From the NCBI GenBank assembly GCA_050273025.1, contig CP158635.1:30132001-30196000 (forward strand): a stretch of 64,000 nucleotides of DNA, written 5' to 3'. The notes below the pieces were generated by a model that was not told the DNA's origin, made no database searches, and saw only the letters and a list, made by a program, of their open reading frames with translations. Below are positions 14,428 through 28,627 of the stretch, in pieces. The DNA is from Cenococcum geophilum (Eukaryota). The translations under genes were made by a program, and so were the position numbers. Position 1 is the first letter of the stretch; each line of letters opens with the position of its first letter.

Positions 14428-17400
14428 CAGTGTGTCCAAGAGTTAGCGTCGCTGCCAGCGTCGCTGCCAAGAGGCTGATAACGTAAGCAGTCAGCGAGCC
14501 TATAGAGTTATAACAGTCAGTCAGCTATAAAACTGCAGCTAGCTGACAGCTCGCTGCCTTGGTGGTAAGATTTGGTGGTAAGTTAAAGCTTTTAGTAGAA
14601 GTTGAGGATATTCAAATCTTCGACTGAGATTATACGCCAAGCAATGAGAAACCTATAAGAATCTCTCGCTTAGCCATAGTAAATAAAGCATTTTCCCCAA
14701 TATCTCCATTACGCGCCGTATACCCATTCTCCTATGCCACCTATGCAAAATGCAACGTACATTACATTTTACGCGTCAGCCAGGCAGTAGAGCTTCTTCC
14801 TCTACTTCTTCATTAAATCCACAATCTACGCGTCACTCAACTCCTTCAGCACCGCGTAGGGTTCGTGGATTAACTGCTTCCTCCCCTCTTCTAATTAATA
14901 ATGATACCGAATCGGGCGATTAAGATAATTCCGTATCGCGAGAGCCTCCTCTAGCTAATTAGAACTACGGCTATATCTTTCCTATTAATTGGGACAATCT
15001 CTACCTAATAATATATGGCAAGCTTACTGGCAAATACGGATACCAAGTTACCAATAAGCGGTTGCTATTAAGTAAAGCTCCTATATCACCAATATGGAAG
15101 CATAGGGCAGACCTTTTTTGGGACGGTCCTTTAGGTAAAAAGAGGCTCTAGCTATATAAGCTTTGCCATCTAGCTTAAAGACTAGGTACTTTACTTACAA
15201 TTAACGGCAATGATTATATTAACGGCCATTTAAAATTAAAGTATAACCTTATTATTAACCCCAAAAGTCACAGTAGTAGAATACAACTACTAGCCGCAGA
15301 AGCTTCTACTTCCGCTAGTAGTTATAAACACCAGCCGTTTTGGGCAGCTAGCTATATTCAAGCCTATGTTAATTAGATAATTCTATAAGATATTACCTTT
15401 TGTTAAGCTATAAGTCCTTCTACGCGCGCTCTGCTGACATTTGACCGTCCTTAGATCTAAGACTATCTTATAAAGGCGCCTACATTACTAAGCAATTGGA
15501 TTAAAACCGTATTTAAACAGCGGCGCGTTAATATTAAAGACCTCCTCCTTACCGCACTTAGTAAAATTAATCTTACTTGTGATATCTGGATATCTACAAA
15601 CGGAATATCACTGCTTGGTATAGTGGCTTATTTTATTAACAAAGACGGAAAGCTTTAATTAGTGCTTTTGGGCCTTCCACGACTACGAGGATCACACTCT
15701 GCTGAGAATGTAGCAACGGCCCTGGTGTCGGTAATTTAAAAGTATTAATTTGATCATAAGCTTGGCTCCTTAATGGCCGACAACGCTAGTAATAATAACG
15801 AGCTTTACGACCATCTCTTATAAAGCCTCTCAGTGCCCAAAAAGGAGCGGCTTTAGTGCGTTAGCTATATTATTAACCTTATCGTTAAGGCTTTAATATA
15901 CGGCAAAGGCGTCAGCAAGCTTAAGCGCTTAATAATTAGCGCGAGCGACCACATTAAATTTAATTTTATGCGGCAGAGAGGCTTCGTAGGCAAGATTTAT
16001 AATATCATTAAATATATCATGCGATTAACAGGACGCCGCGAGGACTTTACTAAGAACCAGAGTAAGGCCTATATTAAGGACAATCTTTTTAATTAAGCAG
16101 AGCTTCTGCTTATAAAGGACGGAGGCATTCGGTGGAATTCGACCTACTTTATACTCCGCCGTGTATTGCTTCTTCGTAAAGCGATTAACAAATATCTACT
16201 AACTTAGAGGAAGCCCGCCAACAATAGCTACGATCTATCTTAGGACGCGCTTACTAATAAAGATTAGCAGCAGGTAGAGCAGCTCGTTAAGATCCTAAAG
16301 CCTTTTATATTAGCTACTAAGCGTATAAAAGGCGACGCTAACAGTCCTAGTATTAAAGGCTCATATGGCGCTCTATAGGAGTCAATCACTAATATAGAGC
16401 TCCTCCATTAAATCCTCTAGCGAACTCAGCTAAGCCTTAAGAACGAATGCGACTCCTTCCTTAAATTGGGTGTTAACATGGCTATTAAAAAGATTAATAA
16501 ATATTTTAATAAAATAAAGGCCGAAAGCCCTCACTACTTTACCGCAGTAATCCTTTATCCGTCTCTTAAACGCGCCTACTTTCGCGATAAGTAGAAATGG
16601 TGGCCCTAGTAGTAGAAGCACGCCAAGCAGTGCATAGAGACTCTATTTGATAACTATATTAATAAGTAAGTAGATAAGGAAGATAAGGAACTAGTTAAGC
16701 CACAATATAGGAAGGTTCCTTATAAATCTAATAATAATTTAACTGATGAATATATACAGTCCTTAGTCGTAGATAAGAGCCTTACTTCCTTAAAGCGCAA
16801 TTAAAAGCGTATCAAGCTCGCCAGTGAGCTTAACCGCTACTACGACGTAGGCCTTAAGTTTATTAAGATCCGTTCCAAAGACGGCAATAAGCGGAACGAC
16901 GTCGTTCCTAATCCTCTCAACTAGTGGCTTAAAATCGGTTAAATCCTTTATCCAACGCTTGCTAAGATTGCTCTTAATATATTCTCTATACCGGTAATAA
17001 GCTCCGCATGCGAACGAGCCTTTAGTTAAGCTAAAAAGATCGTTACTAATAAGCGTAATAGACTCTTAGCTGACACAATTGAAGCAGACTAATGTCAGAA
17101 GTGGTGGTTAATCAAAGGCCTTTTATTAAGCAGTTTAATCGACTGTATTAACTTAAATGGAGCTTTAACTACACCCTGGTTAACGAGCTTAAATGTTAAT
17201 CTTACTAGCTATAAGCCAACTACAGAGGCAGAAAAGCTAGCTTGGTAAAGTAGACTTAACAGAGCTTTGTATTCGATCAAATCTGACATAGAAATAGAGC
17301 CTCTGGAGTCCTCACCACCGACCATTCTACCTACCTTTTAAGCCTCTACGGGCGCGGGACAAATTTAGCTATATTTGGATACTATATTAGGTAAATTAGG

Positions 17401-17630
17401 GCTAATTTTTAATCGGGTAATGTTAATATTTATATATAGAGAGGTGCTGCCAAAAATCTAAAATAAAACACCATAAAGTCTATACAAATTTCCTAATTGG
17501 GACAGCTAGCTGACAGCTTCACAGTCAGCGTACGTTATCCAACAGTCAGCGGACAGCGAGCGATCCAATTGACGCAGTCAGTCAGCTATTTTTCTCAAGC
17601 TCGCAGCTAAGCTGACTGTTGGACACACTG
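14428..17630 (+). mobile_element. hAT DNA transposon 1, complete, 12-bp TIR cagtgtgtccaa, 8-bp TSD tccgagat
   Basis: Perfect TIRs and TSD, with subterminal gtcagc repeats. Confidence 0.95.
14920..17248 (+). pseudogene. hAT transposase pseudogene (BED finger, DDE core, dimerization domain); ends approximate
   Basis: Motifs LTCDIW, ADNASNN, IRWNSTY and YPTLAKIALNIFSIP..SSACERAFS, with RIP stops. Confidence 0.9.
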
Positions 17631-18030
17631 TCCGAGATTTACTATAAAGGAGAGAACTATCTAGGTAGGGACTGTGGTCCTTTAAATACACAACTATACT
17701 CTTAAGAAATCCTCCTTTATACGTAATATATATATTATATATATTATATATAGGTATAATCTATATACTGTGTATACTATATATAATATTATATAACCTC
17801 GCTTACTATTCCTCGTTATATAGTTCTATTGGCTCTATCCTAGACTATACTTCCATTAACCAACTAGCTGCTTTTAACTCCTCTTCTAGTAGTTATAATA
17901 TCGTACTTAAAGCGTCCGTAATACTATCCTCCTCCTCTTTATCTTTATCCTTAAAGATTCCTAATATCTCTAAGTCGTTTACTAGAGGTATAATGTCCGT
18001 TTAATTAGTTTGGTTAATATTATTACTTAT

Positions 18031-18700
18031 TATACCTAAAGCTCCTTCCTCTTTATAAGCGCAACGTTATACTCGTACTGTTGCTGCCATATTATCGCTA
18101 GGTAAAATTATACTATCTCCGTGTTCTCGTTGTTCGAAAAAGGGGTTAGTTTATATTATATTGGTAAGTTTATCTTCCTAACAACCGTCCTCTTATTTAG
18201 AGTATATAAAAGCGAATATTTATTTATCCTATAACGTTTGCTCTATTTCTAACGCTAAGTATATATATCCTATTATTCTTAATAGTTGTTTAATCCCCTA
18301 ATTAATTTGTCTTAGGGTCTCGTGTTTAATCTATTACTACACGCCTTAATAGTAAACTAACTTAAGCCCTTGCTAAGTTGGAATGTTCTTAAAATACGGA
18401 ATAAAAGGCCCTTAAAGCCCGCATTGCTATATCCGCTTAGTTACTTTATTTTAAAAAGGGTTATAAGAAGGTTCGTTTTAAGGAGTGGAAACTTATAAAA
18501 TAAGGTTTATAGGAACTTAGTAATAAAAGAACGGATTCTCCTTTAACCAGAAAGAAAATAGATCTAAGTAGTTTAGTAACTGCTCCTCCTAAGTTCCCCT
18601 TAGGTTATACGTTTTTTAGTAATCCTTTTTTATTAATACTGCCTAACCTAATTTCTTCTAATACTCCTGTACCTTTCTTATAACGTTTTTTTTTAATTTT
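18031..18700 (+). pseudogene. Antisense accessory ORF of Gypsy D: Zn2Cys6-like cluster, intron, coiled coil
   Basis: De-RIP gives CX2CX6CX13CX2CX8C at 18122-18232 and a ~55-nt intron ending ttag at 18315. Confidence 0.65.
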
Positions 18701-19194
18701 CTAGCAGTTTCTAGGTAGTCTTACTATAGCCTATCCACTTTACTTTATACTATGTCTTATTATTAATATCCTTATAACTAACGATCCTTAAGACTTACTA
18801 TTTATTCTCCTTTTATCCTTTATATGTATCTGCCTTATAAACTAGTGGCTTAATATTCCTATATACTAGTTCTAGCATTACGATATATTATATAGGGTAG
18901 ATCTTTATTTTAGCTAGTAGGTTTAACTTAAATATAATTAGTAAAATTCTCTATATAATTTTAAAAGGTCCTAGTCTAACGTGGTCTAACTTCTTACTTA
19001 GTTATTAACTCTTAAAATTTTTATATAGTAGCCACACTTTATCCCCCTCCTCAAGATCTAGTCCCTTAGATCTCTTAGTATTATAGTACTTTTTTTTATC
19101 TTTTCTTATACTATTTTTACTAATTCTATAAGGTCTATATAAAGATTTATTAGTGTCTTTATCATTTCTTTAGCTATACTACTCGTTTTCTTTA

Positions 19195-19375
19195 TGTTAC
19201 GGCTCCGTAACGGATCTAGTTAGGGGGCTCGCTTGAGCCTTGGCATATGTATATAGACGTGTCCTTTTCCACCTTCTGCTCCTGATCTTAATACCCAGGT
19301 CTATAGACTACCAATTATATAGGCTTGCATACGTTCTACGGCGCTCGTGCCTTGATTAACTAAGTCGCTGTGACA
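19195..19375. mobile_element. Solo LTR (181 bp), TSD cttta, in element D integrase
   Basis: Ends are tgttac...gtgaca with a 5-bp TSD. It is partly similar to the 33826 LTR family. Confidence 0.9.
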
Positions 19376-22300
19376 CTTTACTTATTATAGTAACAATAAT
19401 ATTCTTAGCTTATATCCGTAATTTACCTTAAATAGTAATATGCCTATTCCTTCTTATGGTATTATATTGTATACAAACTATATAACTAGTAGTAACAATA
19501 TCCAATTATTCTGTACGTAATTAATATAGTGCCTTAAATACTGCTCTAGCGTCTAATTTAATCTTTCCGTTTAACCGTCCATTTATAGGTAATATACTAT
19601 TAATATTACTACGCAAACCCCTTATTCCGCTAAGAATACTTTCCAGAAAGCTATTATAAATCTCGGATCTCTATCTAATATAATCTTACTTAATGCTCCG
19701 TATCTTATAAACACTTCTTTAACGTAGATTCTAGCGATATCCTCCACTAAGATTTCTTCTATACATACTATAAAATAGCCCTACTTAGTTAATTTATCTA
19801 CTATTATAAGGATTATATTATGCTCCTATCCGGTAATAGGATCTTTTAACTTTAGTAACTTAATAATAAAGTCCTATAATATAACCTCCTATAGTCTCTC
19901 TAGTATTTTAATAGGTTATAGCCCTCTATATAGCTTATACCTTATTAGTTTATTTCTTTAGCAATCTAGATATTCTTTTATTACTTTTCTGGCGATACCC
20001 TAGATTTTATTAATAATATATTTATCCTAAAGTCTTAACACTAAGCCTATTGCTCTATTATGTCCTTAAGTCATTCCCTTATAAAAATCTTCCATAAAAT
20101 GCTCTACTCTGCCCTTTAGGATATACTTCGCTTCTTAATTTTTATATATATCTATCTATAGATCTTCTAGTTACGCTCCTAGAATTCTTTATACCTAAAA
20201 GCTCTCTAATATCTTATAAATTCTTCCTAGTTTATTATCCTCTTAAGTTGCTACTAGCCTAAGGTAATTATATCTAATTAACCTATTCTCGTCTTTACGT
20301 AACATTGCTCCTAATAGTTTCTTATTATTTTATAGTTTAGCCTTTCTGCTAAGTGTATCTACTCTTATATTCTCGGTTCCCTTAATATACTAAATCTTAA
20401 AATAGTATTCTATAAGTATTTCTACCTATCTAACCTATCTCTAATTAAGTTCTTTTATTATTAGGAACCCCGTTAGGTTTTTATAATCCGTTTTAACTAT
20501 AAATAGTTTTTTTACGACTTATAAGAATACTCTTTATTCCTTAAGTACTATAATTATACCTAATAACTCCTTGTTATAGATGTTATAGTTTAGTTCTAGT
20601 GGTATTATCTTCTAACTATAGTATACTACTAAATACTATGCGTTCTTATGCTTTTATAGTAGATATACTCCTAGTATAAAGTCTAATATATCCGTTTTTA
20701 TAACCGTGTCTAGTCCTAGTTAATAAATCTTAAGGATTGGCTCCTAGGTAAATAACTCCTTAAGTTCTTTAAACAACTTCCTTTATTTATTTCCCTATGC
20801 CTATAGTTCCTCCTTCTTAGTAAGCCTAGTAAAGGGTTTAATGTTCTTTAACTATTGTGCTATAAACCTTCTATAGTAATTGCAGAATCCTAGAAATAAC
20901 CTTAACTATATTATATTTTTTAGTTCTTACCAATTTACTATAGCTTTAATCTTTTTTTAGGTCTATACTAATATAACCTAGTTTAATAATAAATCTAATA
21001 AAATCGGTCTTCCTAGTAAAGAACTTGTATTTCTTAATTGCTACTAGTATCTATTCTTCTTATAGTCTCTTTAAGACCTATTTAACGTGTTCCTTGTACT
21101 CTTCCTTAGTTATTAAGTAGATAATAATAATATTAAGGTATACTATAATTAACTTATTAAGGTGTTCTCCTAATATACTATTAATTTATTTTTAAAACGT
21201 TACCGGTATATTTATAAGCCCGAACTATATAACTAATAGCTTATATAGTTCTTCCTTTAACCTAAAGGCTGCCTTCTATTTATTGCCCTCCTTAATTTTA
21301 ATCTAAGAGTACGCCTATCTTAGATCTATCTTTATAAAGATTTATACATTACCTATTCTGTCTTAGATTTCGCTAATTAAGAGTAAAGGATACCTATCCT
21401 TTTTAGTAATGCTATTTAACTATTTATAGTTAATATATAGCCTAAGTTTTCTATTCTTCTTTAGTACGAACAGTACTAGATATCCCGCTAATAACTACAA
21501 TAGTCTAATATATCCCTTTTATAAGTTTTCTTAGATAAACTCTTTAAGTGCTCTTAACTCCTCTTAAATAAGCTTATAGGTTAAAAAGAACCTTAGACTT
21601 ATTTCTAGTTCTAACTCTATCTTATAGTCCTATACTATATACTTTAACAGCTTTTTACTTTCTAGGCTCTATAGTTTTTTGCTATACTTATAGTATCTCT
21701 TTAGTATATAGGATAACCCATTCTCGGTTTCCTTATATATTGCTCTAACTTAGTACTATACTAACTTAGTTACTATACGTATCTTACGTTATTAAGTATC
21801 TTTAATATTAACCTAACCTGTAACCTAATTAATCTTTAGATTGTATTCCTATAACTAAGGTATGCCTAATACTGCCTTATCCTGTCCTAATAGTAGGATA
21901 TTAAAAGACATTTTAATTTGTTTTCCTTTAATGGTTATCTAAATAGGTCCTATTTTAAGGTTAATAATCCCTCCTCTATAGGTTATTAGATCTCCTAAAA
22001 TCGTAACTAATAAATAAGGTTACTCCTTCTGTCTATAAGGTAGTCCTATTTTTTTAACTACTATTAGTAAAATATAGTTTCGTGTCGCTCTACTATCTAT
22101 TAATGCTTTAAACTATTAACCTTACTAATTAACTTATAAATTTAGGTGTTATTTTTAAATTCCTTTAAGGGTCTAAGGCTCTACTATTAGCTCCCTCTAG
22201 TTTTATAGGCCTTTACTTTTCCTAACTATTAGCTGCTTAATTCTAGTGCACTTAGCTTACTCTTTAACCAATGCCTAGTTTACTTTTTATTCTTAATATA

Positions 22301-24482
22301 CTATAGATATATATTCTTTAGGTATTTCTACCACTATTATCTATCTAAGTATTCTTTTATAAGGAATCTTCCTAGTTAAAGTATTAAGTCCTTTAACTTA
22401 TGAACTTCTATTAAATGCCATCCGTGTATATACTTAGCATTTTTATACTATTACTTTTTTAGCGCCTAATACATCCTTATAGGGTACTTTTAGTTCTTTT
22501 CCTTTATATTCTTATATATTTCGTATATATTATCTATATATATAATCTATAATAGCGTATAATATGCTAGGTGCTTTAGGTTAACTCTTAACTTATTTCT
22601 ATCTTTAAGTTTAAACCTTTATTATGCTAATCTAAATATTATAACTTTATTTATAGGTACTAAGATATATTATTTGCTTTTTTAGTCCTTTAATCATTTC
22701 TTTAGATCCTTTAACATTATAATTAAGGCTCCTTTAATATAACTTATAGCCTTTTCCGTAATAGGGTGGTCCTAGATAACTTGCTTATCTAACTATATAT
22801 AGAAGTCTTCCTACTTATTATTATATCTTTGTTTATACCACTTTTAGTATAATTACTAAAGTATATACGGCTTGTCTATAAGGAAGTATCTTCTTATTAC
22901 TGCGTTATAACAGCCCTTTATATATTGTTCTTTAAATCTAGTTAAAATCCCTAGATCATCTTCTTACTCTAGTTTAGTAAGCCACTTTACCCTTAACATG
23001 CCTATCTTAGGCCTATTAGTTATTCTTTATATAGGTGCTCTATCTCTTATATAACCTAGTATGCTAGATCTTTAGTCTAGTTTTTGTTCTTACTATATAA
23101 GGATTCTTTATCTAAATTCCTCTATAGTTTCTTTTGTTTTTTGCCTTATAAGTAGATTCTTAAAGTCTTCTGACTTCTTAATCTTGTCTTTACTTTCTTT
23201 AATAGTCCTTATTTATGTCTTAAAATCTTAGTTTTATAGGATTCTTAATCCTAAGTTAGCTTCTTTCTTAAGCTTTACTCCAGCCTTGGTCTAACTAGGC
23301 TTTTACGGTGTTTTTATCTCGTCTTAAGAGTTTTAAATCTTACTTATCCCGTCTTAAGAGTCTTATGCTTTAGGAAACTTCATCTTAAGCTTATTTGTAT
23401 ATTACCGAACTAAGTCGTTGCTCTACTCTATTGGTTATTGTCTATTATAGGTTCTTAAGCTTATCTTATCTCTTATCTCCTCTTAAGAATCTTAAGCCTG
23501 TAGCCTTTTGCCTTTATTAAGTAGTGAGCTAGCACTAGCAGTTATCTGCTTACTTAATCCTTTTTGTTAAATATTTCTCCTTTTATCTTATAAAGCGATA
23601 GATGCTATATCTAATAGTGTTATAATTTATATTACTAACCCTTGCTCTATAGTGGTTTTAGTATCTACTTCTAGTATAATATCTCTAAGGTCTATATACT
23701 CCTAGTAAGCTGCCTTTATTGCCTTATTATTACTAAATATTTCGCCTATATTAAATTTATTGTCTTTAATATCTAATCTACGAGATAGTTTATTAGTTCC
23801 TCTAAACTTTAGTATTTTTAGCTCCTATAGCCAATAGCTTACGCCATACTTAGCGTCCTTATAAATTTGGTATACGTTATTATAATAAAACGCAAAACTT
23901 TTAATTAAATATTCTTTTATTCCTCGTAGTATATTATTATCCCTTTATACATATATATCGTCTGCTAGTCTTATTCCTTTTACCATATAATAACTCTAAC
24001 TACTTATATAGTCTCTAATAAAATAACCTTATTTTTCGCAATTTATATAAGCCCCTTCTTTGAACTATTTTTCTTGCTATAGAGTTCGCCTAAATGTCTT
24101 CTGCTACTAAAATCCCTAGTTTAGCCTCTGCTCCTTAGTCCTATAATTACTTAATCCTTAACCTTTAGGTTTCCATAGTTTCTTATTCCATCTTTTAGAT
24201 TCTTTAGTATTGCTTAGGTCTATTAGTTTTATACCATACTATAGTTTCTAATTTTAACTTTATTATTGCGTATTTTGCGCCTTATACAACTATAAAACTC
24301 TATTCTAACCCTTTTTAATCTATTCCCTTTAGTAGATCCTATTATTAATCTTAATTACTTAATTAATTAGTTCTCTTAAGGTATCCGCATCTTCTATTAA
24401 GATAATTATATCCTAGATTTTTACTTTAAGTCCTTATTTATACTATACTATAAGCGCCTTATCGTTCCATTTAACCTATATA

Positions 24483-24720
24483 CATTAGTAAATTGTGCGG
24501 TGCCAAGACCCTGGAGCTCTTAGAGCCCTCCTAGAGCCTCCTAACAGTCCTAACAGGAACCTGCCAGGAACCTGCCAGGGCCCTATCAGGGCCCAAACGG
24601 AACTTCCGTGTGACATTTACACTCGGAGTTCCTGTCAGGGGCCTAATCAGACGGTCAGTGCTGTCGGGTCCCCGCTAGGGCCCGACAGGACTAATAGGAG
24701 GCCACACACTTTTCCTGATG
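24483..24720. mobile_element. 238-bp MITE-like element, TA TSD, in element D gag
   Basis: Imperfect TIR cattagtaaattgtg / catcaggaaaagtgtg. Removing it plus one TA restores the gag sequence seen in copy B. Confidence 0.8.
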
Positions 24721-25714
24721 TAGCTAATATTTAAAACTACGTTATATACTTAATTACTAAAGTTTATTATACTAGGTTTTAAAGCTTTTATTCCGCTATA
24801 GTAGTTACTTCTAGGTCTTTAAATATCTGTGTTAATTATTTTGTAAACCTATTCTAACTAGTGAATATATATTATACTTCCTAATTAGTGATTGCTATGC
24901 CGTGTTCCTATACTTTTATAAAGTAAGGTTTAAACTACGTAAGTACCCTTTTTATTAAGAACAATCCTATATAGGCTACTTGGTCTATAGCTATTACTAA
25001 CCTTCCTCCTATATAACCTTAAAGTGCATTTATATAAGGAATCCCTTAAGTCTTAACTTCTCCCCTAAAAATTGTTTAATTAAGGGTAACTTAACCTTAG
25101 CTACTCCGATCCCGTTAATCCTTTCTTTAAGTATCCTATTATTGTTTATTAATTAATTAACTATTTCCTATAGCTGTCTGACGATAACTAGTTATAAGTT
25201 AGTGTCTGCTATACTAGTGTTATTACTTAATCCCGAAGTAGTTACTGCCATTAACGGCGTTATAGCTGCTGCTTTTAGCGGTATGTTATTTAACTTCCTT
25301 TACTATAACCTTAGTAGTAAATATATAACAAAGCCTTATAGCAGGAACTACGGTAAACTTATTAATAGGCTAGGTATATAGGTATAGAATAGTTAACAAC
25401 GTAATAATAACTAGTGGAGTGGTTGCCTAATAGATTAACTTTAATTATCTTCCAAGATTTACAATAAAGGAGAGAACTATCTAGGTAGGGACTGTGGTCC
25501 TTTAAATACACAACCGTACTCCTAAGAAATCCTCCTTTATACATAACGTATGTATTATACGTATTATACGTAAGTACAATCCGTATACCGCGTATACTGC
25601 GTATAATATTATATAACCTCGCTTACCATTCCTCGTCATATAGTTCTATCGGCTCCATCCTAGACCGTACTTCCATTAACCAACTAGCTGCTTCTGACTC
25701 CTCTCCTAGTAGTC

Positions 25715-27820
25715 TTTTTTTTTTTTAATCTATTGTATTATACTACGTACAATACTGCGCATGCAGCCTTAGGCTATGGCGCTATAGTTCTATATACATA
25801 AATCCTTTCTAGGCAGCTTAATATATACTAGTAGCTATATCCTAGTAGTTTATAAACCCCTAAATTAGGAGTTTATAGTTTCCTAGTAAAATACTAAGAT
25901 ACTATAACTACTAGGGAATGAGAAAATGGTAAGAAAAACTATAAGAAATCCTAACCCCTATCCCTGTCCTTTTGCAATTTATTTCTATCCTTTTGCTCTC
26001 TAATATCTTTTTAAGAGCCTAGTAGGAGTTACCTCCTTCTAGAATCCCACCTGTTTTATTCTTCCATAGAATCTTCCTTGTGTACTAGTTTAGCAGCTTT
26101 AAGAGTCTCGTAGTCTTTACTATTAGCAAAGTGTTTTTCTTTACAATTAATGCAAAGAGGGGTGGTATGCTGGTAAGGCTTGCCTGTTATTATACAGGTA
26201 GAACAGGAATCGTCTTTAGATAAATATACAGCTGCATAGTATCTATAGGCCCTAGTAGAGCACCTGTCTCCTATATGGCCAAATTTTTGGCAGCTCGTAC
26301 ACTGCGTAGTAGGAGAGACTTCGAGGTATTTTACTACCTTAGTAGCTGTACCCGCAATTGATATCTCTTTTTGCTTAAGGATTTCTTGTCTTTTTTCTTC
26401 GTTCTCTATAGTAAAAACTATAGAGCCAAATCTGGTCCGTGGATCGTGTCTTTTTACACTAGATAAGATCCATCTAGGTAGTCCTTATATCCTTATAGGA
26501 TTAAAGGTCTTAATTTCTTCTTTTAGAAGCTTAGAGCCTCCTTCTCCTAGGAAAGGTAGGGTAGGAACCCCATGGGCTATAATTTAAACCCATAGTTCTA
26601 GTTTTTGTTCTCTTTAAAAGGTAAAGCAGTTATGCCAGATTTCCTTATATTTAACTAGGAAATCCGCATTATACTCTTCCGTAGTCGTAAGGAGAATATT
26701 TTATTTTCCTTTAGTTCTAGCTATAGATGCTAAAACAGGTTTTTCTACTTACAGTTTTAATGCAAATAGTTGATTGACTTTGTTTCGTATAGAGAAGGTA
26801 TCTAGAGGTTAATCCTTTTAGTCTGTAATTAGGACTAGCTTTCTTTCTTATAGCTGCTTTTTCTTACTTCTAGTAGAAGTAAAAGGAGTAGGAAATAGTA
26901 GTGACAAGGAGGGTAGAGAGAAGGAAGTAGGGAGGTCCTTCTTTAATCTCTCTGCGTAGGTTTCTTTAGTAGGGGCTACCTCCTTACGGAGAGCTCTTAC
27001 TTCTTCAACTAGTCCTTTTAGGACATCTTTTGTCTTTTCTTTTCCTTTTATAAAGGAATTTTCTCCTACTAGGACACTACGTGTATAGTCCTCTAGCTGT
27101 TTAACTTATTCCTTTTTATCTTCTTCTTCTTCTTCTTCTAGCCCTTTATAGGCCTGGGTTAGGCTATCTAGAGCCTTTTATAGGTGTTGTTCTGGAGAAA
27201 GGGGAGAGAAAGATATACTAGGTATACTAGCCGTAAAAGTCATTAGTTTAGTTGTCTTTTTTGCAGGTTTTTGGTTTTCTTTTTCAGTAGAAGACTGAGG
27301 ATGTCCTCTTTTTTCTCCTGTCCCAAATAGGCCAGAAGAAGGAGAAGGGCCAGAAAAAGTGAATGTAGATATAGACTCATTATCACTTATTTCTATAGGA
27401 GGTTTCTTTTTAGGCCTACCGGGCCTTGGCATTTTGTGTCTTATAGGGGGGTTTTCCTAGTTTTTACTATCCTTATACCCTTTCTCCTTACTAACCGTAC
27501 TAGAAGATTTCTGGGGAGATTAGGCTAAGAGGTAGTAGAGAAACTAGCCCCTATTTTATAGTTTTGGTATTAGTGGTAATGGTAGTAGTTTTGGTGTTTC
27601 TATCCGTGCCTCGCTTATAAGCTAGGGCCACCCTTAGAGAAATTTTTCTGTTGGGAAAAGGGGGTAAAACGACAAATAAATCCACCTCTAGCTCGCTAGG
27701 CAGTAGGAATTAGGTCTTGAAAGTTAGAAAATCGATTGTTTTTGATGGTAAGATGGGTATGCGTAAGTTTTGGAGTGTGGCGCTACCTTTTGGTAAGGTT
27801 GCATGTGTGGTGAAGGTTTG
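25715..27820 (-). mobile_element. Tad1-like non-LTR retroelement carrying ORF1 only, A12 tail, 13-bp TSD tctcctagtagtc
   Basis: Poly(T) at 25715-25726; TSD copies at 25702-25714 and 27821-27833. Confidence 0.9.
26056..27432 (-). pseudogene. LINE ORF1 (gag-like, CCHC knuckles), 459-codon span with RIP stops
   Basis: MPRPGRPKKK...QCTSCQKFGHIGDRC...CINCKEKHFANSKD(C)...EDSMEE*. Confidence 0.85.
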
Positions 27821-28627
27821 TCTCCTAGTAGTCGTAATATTGTACTTAAAGTGTCCATAACAGTTTATTTAAGAAAACTTATAAAAGGGATATATTAGAC
27901 CATCGTAGTTGTTAGCGGGATATTTAGTACTATTTGTACCTAAGAAGAACGGGAAACTTAGGCTATATATAAACTGTAAACAATTAAATAGCATTACTAG
28001 AAAGAATAGGTATCCTTTACCCTTAATTAGCGAAATTTAAGATAGAATAGGTAATGTGTAAATCTTTATAAAGATAGATCTAAGATAGGCGTACTATTAG
28101 ATTAAAATTAAGGAAGGTAATAAATAGAAGGCAGCCTTTAGGTTAAAAGAAGAACTATATAAGCTATTAGTTATATAATTTAGGCTTATAAACGCACTAG
28201 TAATATTTTAGAAGTAAATTAATAGTATATTAGGAGAGCACCTTAATAAGTTTATTATAGTATACCTTAATAACATTATTATCTATTTAATAACTAAGGA
28301 AGAACATAGAGAACACGTTAAATGGGTCTTAAAGAGACTATAAGAAGAATAGATACTAATAGCAATTAAGAAATACAAGTTCTTTACTAGGAAGACAAAT
28401 TTTATTAGATTTACTATTAAACTAGGTTATCTTAGTATAGACCTAAAAAAGATTAAAGCTATAGTAAGTTGGTAAGAACTAAAGAATATAATGTAGTTAA
28501 GGTTATTTTTAGGGTTTTATAACTACTATAGAAGGTTTATAGTATAATAGCTAAAGAATATTAAACCGTTTACTAGGCTTATAAAGAAAGAGGAACTATA
28601 GGCATAGGGAGATAAGCAGAAGAAGCT

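Larger units (their letters stand above)
14293..27862 (-). mobile_element. Ty3/Gypsy chromovirus D, full length, TSD gttta; 3' LTR 14293-17923 split by hAT-1, 5' LTR 25324-27862 split by a LINE
   Basis: Paired LTRs, TSD and a PPT at 17924-17937. Order on the minus strand is gag-PR-RT-RH-IN, with chromodomain WYEVKWTGYSETTWEP (de-RIP, ~18700-18800). Confidence 0.93.
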
